The notes beneath the pieces were generated by a model. That model saw nothing but the letters and a program-made list of their open reading frames with translations, was not told the origin of the DNA and did not search any database. A stretch of DNA of 64,000 nt from a virus. The stretch spans positions 5,207 through 69,206 of the IMG/VR virus record IMGVR_UViG_3300030419_007306, one strand, 5' to 3'. Shown here piece after piece: positions 19,801-27,609 of the stretch. Positions within the stretch are counted from its first letter, which is position 1, and each line of letters begins with the position of its first letter. Position numbers and translations under genes: made by a program.

Positions 19801-20667
19801 GGAGAAGCGGTAAGCACATGGGCAAAAACAAATAAGGATGTCGTAGACCTAACTTCAAAATATGTAGAAGGTAAGCTTGCGGCAAAAGCCACTGCAGCTA
19901 AAAATAAGTATTTTGAAAATCTAGAAAAAGCTTACTACAAAGGTGTTAAGCGACAGCTGCAAATAAACTTAGACCGACAACATCCGGGAACCGAAGAGAA
20001 TCCAGATTTATCGCCCATTACGAGAACCACCCGAACAGGGACACAAAATAGTTTAGAGCAAATGAGGAGTAGGAGCAGAACTTATGGAAGCTATTCCAGA
20101 AGATACTCTACTGGCGGCGGTGTAGATAGTGTTCCAGCTATGTTAACTCCCGGTGAGTTTGTAGTAAATGCTGAAGCAGCACAAAGAAATCTTGGTTTAC
20201 TTCATGCTATAAATAATACTCCAGTACAAAAGTTTGCAAAAGGCGGGCCGGTACGAAGATATCGAGACGGAGGAAGAGAAGGAAGAGGAGGGTTGTTTGG
20301 TGGAAACCGTGAGCTTGCTACTGCCATAACCACTTTCAATGCAACGACACCAACTCTGGCTGCTGCTATGAATAATTTTAAGTCTTCTGAATTGGCTGCT
20401 GCTATGAATAGTTTAGCCGCTAGCAGCTCAAAGCTTTATGACGCAGCTGTCAAACTTGCAGACGCCCTTAGTCAAATGCCCAATATTCCAGAGCAAATAA
20501 GCGGTGCTTTTGCGGCCAGTGTAAATCTCTCGAACGAAGCGGGCTTTGGCGAAACTCTGGCGAAGGCAATGGGACGCGAACTGGGAGACACAATATCAGG
20601 CGAAGTATCAAAACACACTCAGAAAAGAAATGTAGACGGCACACCATCTGGGCCAGTTACGTCATAG
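7843..20667 (+). CDS. Giant tail tape measure protein (4274 aa) with repeated DTVPAxLTPGEFV cassettes
   Basis: TP901-type TMP core near the N-terminus (FERELIKIGQVTG...LAQTG...IATGLRTIFTRI), Ala/Gly-rich helical and hydrophobic segments, canonical position after tube and chaperone genes. Confidence 0.9.
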   Translation: MAKPFNLTAQLNVTGPVGLKPVISSIKKQLTGITTNVNVKIDPKASRGVKNLNRDVVLLNKALRTASSHASSLSASMSKLGSSLKTVQSSSAKSAKGLSSVGKSAQQTGKELAVAKTEMEEFGRISGLALRRYAGFTVATTLTFGFVRAVSTAVGEALKFERELIKIGQVTGKTMGGLKSLTDEVGRLATTWGVASSELLEVSRILAQTGLNAKEVKTALSALAKSNLAPTFKDMKSTAEGAIAAMSQFGLRAKDLDAVLGSLNAVAGKFAVESGDLISVIRRTGGVFKAAAGDIGAPKRQLNELAAIFTSVRSTTRESAESIATGLRTIFTRIQRPRSIQFLRELGVEVQGLGGKFVGPYEALNRLSKALKTLDPRDVRFAKIVEELGGFRQVGKLIPAIQQFGKAQQVLKVAMAGQDSLAKDAAEAQKSLLVQATKVREEFNKLFRTVAQSTSFRVVAKSVLQLSSSLIKLAESVAPVLPFLTLIGGIKGAGLARQFGSGFLGGIGKAGGAGAVGKGMAGAVTGQASQAQGKAAVANQALANAQKAQTTATLANTKALAALSVAVNRMANRPMGPIGGGRRGFAAGGLVPGQGNRDTVPANLTPGEFVIRKSSVAQLGVDNLRRMNKMASGGRVSRARRGYNIRTPFGPLNATKKEMARALGVSPSSLAEMKSGRGHTTSEMTWEQAQAKYVQHKADQGNAEALALKKKQAGAKKQAERTGVSRAINQGVLRIGQEGVPLVGMLSVRPEKGASDIKSKTYSYNNEEAIIRVLRTANMAGNEEQVSKISAKGGVQIPMSVGYIDPKKRQKFDTVTKEGIASAIGNVMDIFSVSKGSKTLGKSDRGVSRAMKQIGIKDIQGKTFEAATAGLTGIFGTDDKARFDFNMTSAVDIQKDRMRELFGENTAVTERFLDAKMTASSTNVSSIKDKTTSAKVLPHLKDQITAFNKGGSVDSVPALLTPGEFVINKGAASKIGLGNLVKMNQGQMPAFHGGGFVGRMRDRISGFGAGMKERMGKAGAGQIGMGMMFAGPMAQQAIGTRSASASGIGGALGGAAMAGGTAGMLGLGPLGVGIAAATGAISGLASGIADFTTNLNADAIKLASEKLEKAFDNLRSGAKGADVQYARASRAAARAAQDSMDHALGLGQFAKRVQGLGMVLTPILELGGGGFSNRGDMRTVHAEMGFLGVMSRLVSSPQENAKQVEKAYMQIGRRQAEQNQAAGQVALEAFAERFQKADISTLGTGTARTRANKLAEDERSDLINIAHADAEASARLAQIHKKNISEVEKRAKIEQVYLEVYQKTVAPLEKRIELERELDGIARRATKAFDMMNNRFETSVQMINRIVAAMGNWEQRLSSNVRAAQGAPTISSPQNALTNIVQNPRAFSLRESRNAMRNMDRQVGGTPQFREAALVRQMGMQLERSLPRIMKIAESRPVGEQTEFVEKAIRRMGGTGGGTQQKFFNNMADVLARELATGGNRQGKMTIRSLGEDPSQIKKIQGAGEAFEKAQKTVLAYAKALDKAAAIADKLANQHVQLMLAAREAQRDVARIGFERIAAFAQVAGRELTTREQMAPFDAEIRSLSGKGVFGTTTTDPHQLAQRRQAMEAERRAIEDRRNAIRRGGGEVPKSLNNRYKLLTASIRENHMALKKLATDTSRVSAIMNKLAKIQEKRTKSRDILKGLLTADPEQLAEMRRGQAIVGGVMRGGNISQLSPQDRALFFQTLQQMKEIAQVSGDTKQGQLILRKLDKLEADAIRRAFGGAAGGRGGNFMIRNLLRYAGTTRGGTDIEKSLGGKLSKVFGERKDAAQALAGLAGDIAREFGDESAKQYILMRQAFIAGFKSINNNGFFIKEVKKLPTPVAVVFPAAGRGPLGGGAGGGGGFGGGGAGGGGAGGGFGPPPAPFAADAFADKRWGPSGLGGRFGNEWAMRGKEMRTRMGDDWIKAAGRRAGSRKVIDIWNDMLNMDSRKRIAEAVLKMAKDEKAPWVKDTRERKDMIARYDAFKDFGEPHWLKANRGAVVPGTGNSDTVPAMLTPGEFVVNAAASQANLGLLHDINTHGAVQRFNSGGEVAPGRVQRFAGFFRNRRVKSRKPRSTTGWKMGEGVPDRPGTKTAAQIDQEAYAGPKKPKLHEVDPKKPLAVDTTRSEAEVQRAAFGSDKKSLTELAKDQGKPTAQEAKFDELAKTGESQPDAKIRTKGRQEIGGKGDAPGSTRGAVQRSQRVIASQAEMLEEINRAKVQIEQHKRVGGKKRTLKNLQTELAALEADYNARYGKATVPLEQGTAPAGTEGKGALTPEETRSGRAKVAADAGATKTPDVTRQRITADQPKPAAKPAPARQVVMQLEDGTTITKQGSIGPKGWHPKTVEMFPDEVARYNKIQRAFPARLNSEWAKLWFGHVGNDAAKLDWLGAQSTQEWLRQSEVQARLKRTDPLAARGQGKSPAAQRGHHEKPTKRPPKSGPLGERVRPGDTFPDEYNRFSDETAIDRQRRLNQAELDRKVAEGVDKQQAIEDAKHKYGVAKRQADIDELTKTAGKRMGNSGVYDLGKLEMPQPDYRGFGASNDARIRGYIENLDSTQSIEARYKQVTDTLFDKRARLSDPSTSRLPPDDLVRAQQQMDDLVKMERRLSAKLDLARARDKLVSAYGGGTTPPNKTTRAVTGKTLRSPDSMLKTLKDLEGQRHVLESVGDQKGVAAIQERIRGVEKSLSKHPANSVLRHGQKYDMVLGTADDLGLPETRAKALFDRVEARAKLNNLLDNEVKKTKVNPNKVRRKIVADVNRGVRPSEGLELVKQEPFRTGPDLGNMEADLDRIAKNTKPTTDSVEQYTKKLFAEASDSAAEAARQKEFAAILEEAGPSKSVHARSQLAKNRMNNALGAGDTSMRGRVLEAVEAARFENAKALAAKNDALRRITSIENSGAYPRSHPVYQGLLEEYRVASQNLDSTRMQLTQDLNYSGTKFFGQGYGAGADLSTGLTKRTNWLPDQKVTDIETGYTRGKGGMRLADQGAGSMAAKQKARIRASKAAVKSTTKAALAKSLPALAIGADLWMAYDAIRSGDKKYQAYAAGRITADIATRGVYSGVDLTSTLIQKLQKTLRPDLDDGRFDRRDEYDNIVGIFQSSWKAWNISRDANDMAQSKNIIELAAQQIAESRGYKPEKTSAWQDKVRGTNWANILTGRKQGTGGDDGRRAHIADLQRQVKETKGLATGETQQKKAHINRLNERINAAQQAAGIGFDDPNKFFEQYLRMNVGGTELEKLGMSLPSTYGMRTDKLAEIWDQSNGWAGEWAYKSEVYKALQSQVKGINYAGPDQSKTARNRALLFSGISGRHGTGYTKTDIAKINDKFDAISVRWGAQKKGREYIALQKEKSKARHQQEVDRRKAIADEHAADYGLLPGDPKAEGIDLMARVSQGLYDYVSSGGKGGPQALLHGLNRPLKRDLVLDYRSRYPNDDIRGPERAIHPFQDFYGPEGLFPFPLQEFAYGEGITKEMQELLGPYYAGAGKLTFAPQEADFGGDIRHKEDREAVSKEMFGSMLRTADKRMGTAYVEKARAASGAKALFAALESALGLDRKAGLDAQRSEFHSEEGQHEFKTGMKALASKFGLWGSAGTMEALGTDIIPVGRWAYGFPNFDKDIHAGQHLGDENLKKVLLGNFPGRIDVGSYKETLLSIIKNMNKPTWADKVKIGFPPLSEVQAMMAQGDKNYQDDSSFGYKPSQFGHRSWSALGISAWTDPVGYHGSFSQDISKFAEDYDGKKAVKKNAGGRIPGTGTSDTVPAMLTPGEFVVNAAASQANLGLLQSINTHGATQRFAMGGQAAYKVNGLWVAPIGSKLTPAQIKENRFNRGRGRRPKTEKEKRALREELEERQERIRDRRQRAERGITGASLIDIRASQRTPAERRRRTALERARRKQNERIADRNLAADDAAAKRKKEFETPAAGEVISADLMLRAQQLLGYLQDTPIPKQISLGDVAGTTAQQVQKLQEHNFLSGEAVSTWAKTNKDVVDLTSKYVEGKLAAKATAAKNKYFENLEKAYYKGVKRQLQINLDRQHPGTEENPDLSPITRTTRTGTQNSLEQMRSRSRTYGSYSRRYSTGGGVDSVPAMLTPGEFVVNAEAAQRNLGLLHAINNTPVQKFAKGGPVRRYRDGGREGRGGLFGGNRELATAITTFNATTPTLAAAMNNFKSSELAAAMNSLAASSSKLYDAAVKLADALSQMPNIPEQISGAFAASVNLSNEAGFGETLAKAMGRELGDTISGEVSKHTQKRNVDGTPSGPVTS
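9595..9744 (+). repeat. TMP cassette copy 1 (FAAGG...DTVPANLTPGEFVI...MASGG)
   Basis: Protein-level repeat read from the translation. Confidence 0.85.
10681..10827 (+). repeat. TMP cassette copy 2 (FNKGGSVDSVPALLTPGEFVI...FHGGG)
   Basis: Protein-level repeat. Confidence 0.85.
13885..14049 (+). repeat. TMP cassette copy 3 (PGTGNSDTVPAMLTPGEFVVNAAASQANLGLL...FNSGG)
   Basis: Protein-level repeat, nearly identical to copy 4. Confidence 0.9.
19111..19272 (+). repeat. TMP cassette copy 4 (NAGGRIPGTGTSDTVPAMLTPGEFVVNAAASQANLGLL...FAMGG)
   Basis: Protein-level repeat. Confidence 0.9.
20104..20247 (+). repeat. TMP cassette copy 5 (YSTGGGVDSVPAMLTPGEFVVN...FAKGG)
   Basis: Protein-level repeat. Confidence 0.9.
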
Positions 20668-20676
20668 GAGCATAAA

Positions 20677-22275
20677 ATGGGCGGGTTTTTTAACGCATCA
20701 GATAAAAATTTAGAAAATAATACCACGATGATGTATGGGGATTATACATTTTCGCCGGTTCCTATTATTAGCATCAATAAAGAAATACAGTCAGCTGGAG
20801 ATGGCCAAGCTCTAGGAACTTTATTTGCTCTTTCTCTTGAAGGTTCTCTCGTTCCCGGTGCTACTGGTGTAAATGGAATAGCTAACATAACAGAAGAACA
20901 AGATAGACTAATGGCAGCTTTCGCTGCTTCAGGACAAGGTTATGAATTTAAAGTAAGCTGTGGCGACTCTGATGTCATTAAATGTTTTCCTAGAATTAAA
21001 TCTTTAAACTTTGAAGCTGGCCCTTGGGTAGACGTATCTAAATATACTATTGAACTGGAATATGATAGAGACTTTGCTGCCGATATAGGTGCTCCTTGGA
21101 ACGATGAGCATAAATCGGGCTCCGGCAGTCCGGAACCTCTAATTTCTTCTGCAGAAGAATCTTGGAGTATAGAGCCAACGGAACAGAACTTCTTTCATTT
21201 TGAATTGGCCCAGAGCGGAAAGCCAACGTTTATAGAAACGTGTCCTCCAAGCTTTTCAGTAACGCATAATATATCTGCTGTTGGAAAGCCTCTTATAGTT
21301 AGCGGAGTACTGGCAGATGGCGGATACGCTTGGCAGCAAGCAAGCGGCTATGTTATCCCTAGACTAGGTTTTGACAATGAGAAAGTCACTAAGAACGGAG
21401 CTATTTGCTTTGACCAGAATGGGGCTCTCGTTGTTTCTAACCATGCTAGAACAGTAAATTTTGGTGAGCTAGACGGAACATATTCTGTTGTTGAGAGTTG
21501 GACTGTTTATAGTAGCGGTATATGGTCTTCTGGAATTAATGCCTTGGGTGCAAATGATTCATGGGATGTTGGGGTTGAATCTAGCCTTGAAAGCAGTCTA
21601 ACAACTGTAAATGTTCAAGGCACCATAACTGGACAAGCATCAGGTCTATTTTGTAGCGATAATTCGGCGGGTGGTAGTGACCCTCCAATATATGAAATAG
21701 TTAAAAGTAAATATGCAAATGCTAAGGAATACTTGGATAATATTAGTGACGACATATTTTGGGCTAGAGCACATCATTTTGCTAGTGGCGTTTCTACAAG
21801 AGGCGTTAACCCGATTCCCATTGCAACGTCAATTGGACACAACCCCTCACAGGGAGTTATAACCTATAATTATAGATATGACGATAGACCTAGCGTATGT
21901 CTAACTGGAGCTAGAACAACTGAGATATCCATGTCCGACACAAACGCAACAGATGTTTTTGCAGAACTTACTGTTCTTGGTCGTGCTCCGGGCCCTGTCA
22001 TGCAAAGCATAGGTACAGTTACATCAAAGAAAAGAGAGGTGACTTTAGACGCCACGATGGAAGTAAATAGCATAATATGCGATTGCCCCAGTGCTACCGG
22101 ACAAATGCCAAGCATCGAAGCTGAAACTATTTTGTTGACATTTAGACCTGACAATTGTGGAGACCCCTCACTAGAGCTTACGATATTTAAACACCTTGAT
22201 TCTGAAAGCTGGAATCCAACAACAGGAAAATACGCAAGACAAATGGGATGGACTTATACTACATGTGGTTCATAG
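20677..22275 (+). CDS. Putative distal tail/baseplate protein
   Basis: First gene after TMP; beta-rich and Ser/Thr-rich. Confidence 0.55.
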   Translation: MGGFFNASDKNLENNTTMMYGDYTFSPVPIISINKEIQSAGDGQALGTLFALSLEGSLVPGATGVNGIANITEEQDRLMAAFAASGQGYEFKVSCGDSDVIKCFPRIKSLNFEAGPWVDVSKYTIELEYDRDFAADIGAPWNDEHKSGSGSPEPLISSAEESWSIEPTEQNFFHFELAQSGKPTFIETCPPSFSVTHNISAVGKPLIVSGVLADGGYAWQQASGYVIPRLGFDNEKVTKNGAICFDQNGALVVSNHARTVNFGELDGTYSVVESWTVYSSGIWSSGINALGANDSWDVGVESSLESSLTTVNVQGTITGQASGLFCSDNSAGGSDPPIYEIVKSKYANAKEYLDNISDDIFWARAHHFASGVSTRGVNPIPIATSIGHNPSQGVITYNYRYDDRPSVCLTGARTTEISMSDTNATDVFAELTVLGRAPGPVMQSIGTVTSKKREVTLDATMEVNSIICDCPSATGQMPSIEAETILLTFRPDNCGDPSLELTIFKHLDSESWNPTTGKYARQMGWTYTTCGS

Positions 22276-22283
22276 GATAGAAA

Positions 22284-25200
22284 ATGATATTCGGACATTC
22301 ACCATCGGCAAAACCAATATCGGTTCCCCACTCTTTTGCTTCAAATGGCAAACCGATAAGCGCTACTACTGTTCCAGCAGGACAGAGGGAGCTGCCAGGC
22401 AATAACGGAGCAGGAGACGGAGGGGTCGCCTCTGCCGTAGAACTAAACTATGGTTCTAACAATACTGGCCGAGGAAGATATTTTGGAACCTTAAACCCTA
22501 ACGTAGCTACAACCAGCGCTGTTTTATGCGACGGAGACGATACGTTTACTCAGACGGCGTTTCTAGGGGCTAGCATTATGGATTTTTCCGTAACGTTGGG
22601 ATACGGAGAACAAAGTAGTTCCTTAACGGTTAAGCTGGTAGAAGATTTATGCGAAGGTCATTCTAGAATATATTATCATGGTCATGCAGATTTAAAGGTC
22701 GGTAATTTCTCTACTCTACGAGCAGCTACCCGAACAACTGCCGATTACTTTTTACCCCCAGCTCCCGGCTCTCCTGTTTATTTTAGAATGGGAAGATTTG
22801 AATTTTCGGGCTTACTTCAAAGCTGGACTAAGACAAATTCAACAGGTGGCTATCCAACCTATACGGTAAATATTCAAGACCCCAGAGAACTTTTGGCTGG
22901 GGTTAGTCTTATTATTGGAGAAGAAACTACAATTCCTTCTATCTCAAATATATATAATGTTTTTGGTACGATGGAACAGTACGGAAATGCTTGCGCTGTT
23001 TCTCCCGTAGGAGGCTTTGGTGGGGCAAACGTAAATGGCGAAGGAATGCCTTGGAACAAAATTTTAACTGGACTTCATCTTCTTCAGGCTCAGGGTAAAT
23101 ATATTAGTTTCGCTGGGGCCACCTACGTTTTAGATTTGACTGATTTGCCTGCGGTTCCCGACGATTTTAGAATTGGCGGGGCTACTGTTACATTATCAGA
23201 TGCGATAAGCAAGGTGTGTGAAGATTCTGGGCGAGATTATTTTGTTGACTTAATTCCAACACCATTATCTCAAGGCGGGTTTACGCCTCTGTTTTATAGT
23301 AATGTTTTAAATATATTAAAAATTAGAACTATTGATAGAACAGCAGTTCCGAGTCTTAATACAATAGCAGCATTTGTTGAAACAACAGACAACTTGGTAA
23401 TGGAAAGTTCTCGTGGCCGTGAGCTTAGGAACGAAATTACCAATGCTATGATTATTGGCGCAAGCAAACAAGATATCTATGAGTGTGAGTGTGCAACCAG
23501 TATTTCAGAAGACCGAGACGGAGGAAGAGCTAGCGAATGGCTTGACGGCATTATTCCCTTCTGGGGCGCGAAAAGACCAGATAGTCATGAGATAATTCTA
23601 ACCCGCAAAAAGAAACCTGTGCATGGCGCAGCGGGAGACCCTAAAATTCTGGGCATATGGGCTCCATTTGAAGACGTTCAATTCCAATTAGAAAAGAAGC
23701 TGTTAGAAGATGGAAGCCGATTGAGAAGAGACCCTGTAGATGGAGAAACTCTTGTTTATGATTTAGATGAAGATGAACTGAGGGCAGCTCTTTCATCGCA
23801 GCAGGACTGGCAGTTCTGGATAACGTCTCAAAAAGACCATCCTGTCAACAGAACATACTTTCCCAAGAGAGATAAAGCTGGAAATATCATTGTCCCCAGA
23901 CGCGGTAACGTTGGAGGCATGTCCAACGGTGTTTTTAATGGTTTTTGGGATTTATTTGAAGCCATATTAGGAGGAACCGGAACTCCCAACCCAGCTGATT
24001 TGATGGAATTTAATTCAAATGTCTCTAAACTAGCTTCTGAGAAAATTTCGACAGGCCAAGAGCAAAGAGACCTAGATAAGATTTTTAGATGGGTCCAAAC
24101 ATATGCCAATAGATATGGAAGAGAATGGCTTGTTCCTTTATATGGAAATTTATGTTGGCAATTGGATACAGACGACCCATATAAAAAGAAGTACTCTGTT
24201 GAGCCAATTGATTCAGGATGGCCAGAATCATCGGGCAGTGAGGTTATTGGCTTAAGCTTGCCTATAGCTCGAATAATATCTGGAGACGAGACTGGAAAAG
24301 TAGCACCTTTTTTGAGATTTCTTATAAAATCCAAGGATAGTGATTTTGAGCCTTCAATGGCAGGGGCTGGGTTGGCCGGAGGAACTAAGACAGATTTTAC
24401 AGAGTTGTCTCCTGAAGAATATTATATTTCAGAGAGCGCTCTTTCAGGATGGGTAAAAGCCTCTGTAGATAAAAATATTTATTTTTTAAAGGAAGCTTGG
24501 GGCACCGAAGACTACGGTCCCCATGCTCTATTGCAAATGAGCGCCTCTATTAAGGAGCTGCAAGATACGGCGGCAGGAGGTACATATAATTCGGCTCTTG
24601 CGGGTTTTAAGAAAATATTTGAAGAATTGGTTAACGACCCCGTGGGGCCTGGTGGGAATAGTTTGAGAGCCATGTTTCCGGGACGGGTTGATGATTTATT
24701 TAAAGCCATAATGAATGAGCCAAATTCAAGAATGCTTAATTTTGGAATGGAACATTCAACTCTGTCTCCTGCTGCTGGTGCGGTGCCACTACTAAATAAT
24801 ATCTTAAACTATGGTCCGTGGCAATCAAGTCCACCTGGCGCTGATGGTAAAACGGCAACAGAAGTAATAGATGGACTTGCTCCATGGGAATACGGTGGCT
24901 TTGATTTAATGAATACAGCTGGTCAAAACTTGGCCAATCAAAGAGTTACCCATATGCAACAAGGAGAGATGGGAAGTATAAAAGTTCCTGGCTTACCTAA
25001 TAATGTAAGAGTTGGTTTTGAGTTAAATGATATAGGAGGAAGCAAGGCTTTAATTGCTACTGACAGAAGTATGAGCAGCGCTGTTCTGATTGGAGAAGGA
25101 ACGCTAGAAGATACCAACCAAAGTTATTACTATGTTGCCGCCGGAGGTTTGGATGGCGCCGGAGGTCCAAATATTACTGCCATTAATGTATCAGTAGGAG

Positions 25201-27605
25201 CTGGCGGTGTTACAACCCAATATGATTTTAAAACCTATACTCCTGAGTATGGTAAGTTTAGTAAATTTAATGCTGAACGACTAAAGAGAATGGGTAAGGC
25301 AAGAATAAATGCTGAAAGAGAACGAATAAAAAGAAGCGACCATGTATTATCAGCGTTTGGCTCTAAAAGAGCGGCGACTCTTATTAGGGGCGTAGGCAGG
25401 CGGGCTCGTGGAGTACCACAACCAAGACGAGCGGCAGCGTCTCCTCATCCGTTCTTTATAGGAACTGTAAGTGACTGGTCAGCGCCTAATCTTAAGAATA
25501 TAAAATATGCAAGGGTAATTACCGAAAGTTTTCACGAGGGAACCACTGAATTAGATGAGAACTATGGACAAAAAGCTATCATGGACCTCGCCGGTCTTAT
25601 AAGACCAGTTTCTATGGCTGGAGATGGGAATCTTCCTCAATACTATAGTAGTCAGAATTTAGTTGACGACCCGCCGTGTACTAATAGTCAACACATTACC
25701 TCTAGACCAACTCCTCCTATTAATGGATATAATGCTCCAGAAGGCCTAGCTCAGGGTGATTTTGATATTAATATAAATTATCTTAATCCTTTTACTAACC
25801 CTAGCAACAAACAAAAGAGTGCCAAGCACATTAGCGATGAGGACGAGAGTACTGCTAAGGAACACGGCCATGATATTGCTATGATAGCAAGGGGCGAAAC
25901 TCCTACTGATGGACATTTCAGTATTAGTATGCAAGAATGGAATGAAGGAGAAGATAAAGATGAGGTTGCATACGCAGATGATTATCGTATGTTTGCATTG
26001 AGAGGCCCGCTTCTTATTCATGGCTGGGGATATGATTTACAAGGTAAGCCGATTCCTAATGAAGCTGACCCGGAAGCGGATGCAGCGGTAGGAAAATTTA
26101 AAGAGACTGACCTGAAAGATTATTTCTTGCCCAACTTCTTAAGAAAATCTCATACATGGCCGGTGGCTCCTGTTGATTTGAGATTTGATAGGAATAGAGG
26201 AGTTTGGACAGTTCCTCCTCCTCCTGCATTTGTTTTGCTTGAATTTACTGAAGCTGTTAGCCCCAATAGCACAAACGAAAAAGCTAAAATAATTGATGCT
26301 GCCGACTCGTCTTCTTCTCCGGGGTTTCCTGCTATTTATGGTAAAGATGGTTCTGTAATAAGTAGCGATAAGTTTGTTAAGTTTGAAGAGGACGCAGGAG
26401 TAAGGTTTGAAGAGGGAATGAAAACTAGAGCTTATTACGATGAAAACGCATGTGTATATAAATCCTTTGGTAGCCCAGACGACTATGTACCTGCCGCCAG
26501 CGAAGCGGATTGCAATGGTTTGGTTATTGGAACAATATATGGCAAGATGATGAAGGCCGATGAGCATGGAGAGGCAACATTAGATGAAGCCTTTGGCGGC
26601 GAAGTAGTTACTGTTATAAATATTTTAAACCAACCAATACTTGAAGGTTCCAAGGTAATTTTATGGAAGAGGTGTGAGAGTCCAGAAACAGAGGAGGGCG
26701 AGTGCTCCGAAGGTACGGAAACATGTGGGGGAGACCCGGATGGCGAACCCTGTGAGGAAGACGCGGATTGTAGTACTACTACACAATCAATACAATATCA
26801 TGTGGTACAGGCTCAGTTTAGACCTATGTGCGTTGTAACTTCAATTGGAATTGATGAAAATTATCCGTATACTCCTCCAGCTAATGTAGCGAGTGTAGAA
26901 ATAACTAACAAAAAAATAATAACATCTGTTTATGTAGATGACTTTTCGGAGGGCATGCATTGTTGGGGTCCAAGCGGCCCTCCATTCGAAGCCCCGTGCG
27001 GTCATGGAATTAATGATGCCACCAAAGGCAACTGTGAGTGTAAGGTTACAGTAGACGATTTAACAGATTGTAGTGACCATAGTTATTATTCAAACGTGAT
27101 TCCTCCAGGCGCAATACAAACATGTTTTACTGACTTAGAGAACGAGGGAGAATTTAATCATCGCCACCAACTAGGAAGTTTTGCCCTAGTAGCACAAAGC
27201 GATTTTGACTTTGACGCATATGTAGCGGTAGACCATCCTTCATATCCTGTTTTACACATTGATATCTGTGAAAGAACAATTTATCTGGAGAGTGCTTGGA
27301 GTAATGCATATTGTAGCGACGAGAGAAGTGAGTCGGCAGGACTGAGTGTCTATGCTGGAGATAATCAGTGGGGCAAGGGAGTTCCTGTGTACGGAGAAGC
27401 CTTGGATGTTGCTATTGATGATTCATTTGATGAAACAACATGTCACGAAGGAGACTCTAATGATAGCACAGGTCTTGCAGAGGGAGGGCTAATTGATATA
27501 GTAGGATTTCATGAAGATGTCAACGTACCCGCTGAAATAGCTGTTGACGATTGCGGCGGTTGTACTGGCGACCAGACCTGTATTGATGGTGAATGTGTGG
27601 ATTAA
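22284..27605 (+). CDS. Large tail tip/baseplate hub protein with Cys- and acid-rich C-terminus
   Basis: 1773 aa; hub-like N-terminal region (FLGASIMDFS...FEFSGLLQSW...YTVNIQDPR); many Cys in the last ~380 aa. Confidence 0.6.
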   Translation: MIFGHSPSAKPISVPHSFASNGKPISATTVPAGQRELPGNNGAGDGGVASAVELNYGSNNTGRGRYFGTLNPNVATTSAVLCDGDDTFTQTAFLGASIMDFSVTLGYGEQSSSLTVKLVEDLCEGHSRIYYHGHADLKVGNFSTLRAATRTTADYFLPPAPGSPVYFRMGRFEFSGLLQSWTKTNSTGGYPTYTVNIQDPRELLAGVSLIIGEETTIPSISNIYNVFGTMEQYGNACAVSPVGGFGGANVNGEGMPWNKILTGLHLLQAQGKYISFAGATYVLDLTDLPAVPDDFRIGGATVTLSDAISKVCEDSGRDYFVDLIPTPLSQGGFTPLFYSNVLNILKIRTIDRTAVPSLNTIAAFVETTDNLVMESSRGRELRNEITNAMIIGASKQDIYECECATSISEDRDGGRASEWLDGIIPFWGAKRPDSHEIILTRKKKPVHGAAGDPKILGIWAPFEDVQFQLEKKLLEDGSRLRRDPVDGETLVYDLDEDELRAALSSQQDWQFWITSQKDHPVNRTYFPKRDKAGNIIVPRRGNVGGMSNGVFNGFWDLFEAILGGTGTPNPADLMEFNSNVSKLASEKISTGQEQRDLDKIFRWVQTYANRYGREWLVPLYGNLCWQLDTDDPYKKKYSVEPIDSGWPESSGSEVIGLSLPIARIISGDETGKVAPFLRFLIKSKDSDFEPSMAGAGLAGGTKTDFTELSPEEYYISESALSGWVKASVDKNIYFLKEAWGTEDYGPHALLQMSASIKELQDTAAGGTYNSALAGFKKIFEELVNDPVGPGGNSLRAMFPGRVDDLFKAIMNEPNSRMLNFGMEHSTLSPAAGAVPLLNNILNYGPWQSSPPGADGKTATEVIDGLAPWEYGGFDLMNTAGQNLANQRVTHMQQGEMGSIKVPGLPNNVRVGFELNDIGGSKALIATDRSMSSAVLIGEGTLEDTNQSYYYVAAGGLDGAGGPNITAINVSVGAGGVTTQYDFKTYTPEYGKFSKFNAERLKRMGKARINAERERIKRSDHVLSAFGSKRAATLIRGVGRRARGVPQPRRAAASPHPFFIGTVSDWSAPNLKNIKYARVITESFHEGTTELDENYGQKAIMDLAGLIRPVSMAGDGNLPQYYSSQNLVDDPPCTNSQHITSRPTPPINGYNAPEGLAQGDFDININYLNPFTNPSNKQKSAKHISDEDESTAKEHGHDIAMIARGETPTDGHFSISMQEWNEGEDKDEVAYADDYRMFALRGPLLIHGWGYDLQGKPIPNEADPEADAAVGKFKETDLKDYFLPNFLRKSHTWPVAPVDLRFDRNRGVWTVPPPPAFVLLEFTEAVSPNSTNEKAKIIDAADSSSSPGFPAIYGKDGSVISSDKFVKFEEDAGVRFEEGMKTRAYYDENACVYKSFGSPDDYVPAASEADCNGLVIGTIYGKMMKADEHGEATLDEAFGGEVVTVINILNQPILEGSKVILWKRCESPETEEGECSEGTETCGGDPDGEPCEEDADCSTTTQSIQYHVVQAQFRPMCVVTSIGIDENYPYTPPANVASVEITNKKIITSVYVDDFSEGMHCWGPSGPPFEAPCGHGINDATKGNCECKVTVDDLTDCSDHSYYSNVIPPGAIQTCFTDLENEGEFNHRHQLGSFALVAQSDFDFDAYVAVDHPSYPVLHIDICERTIYLESAWSNAYCSDERSESAGLSVYAGDNQWGKGVPVYGEALDVAIDDSFDETTCHEGDSNDSTGLAEGGLIDIVGFHEDVNVPAEIAVDDCGGCTGDQTCIDGECVD

Positions 27606-27609
27606 AAAA

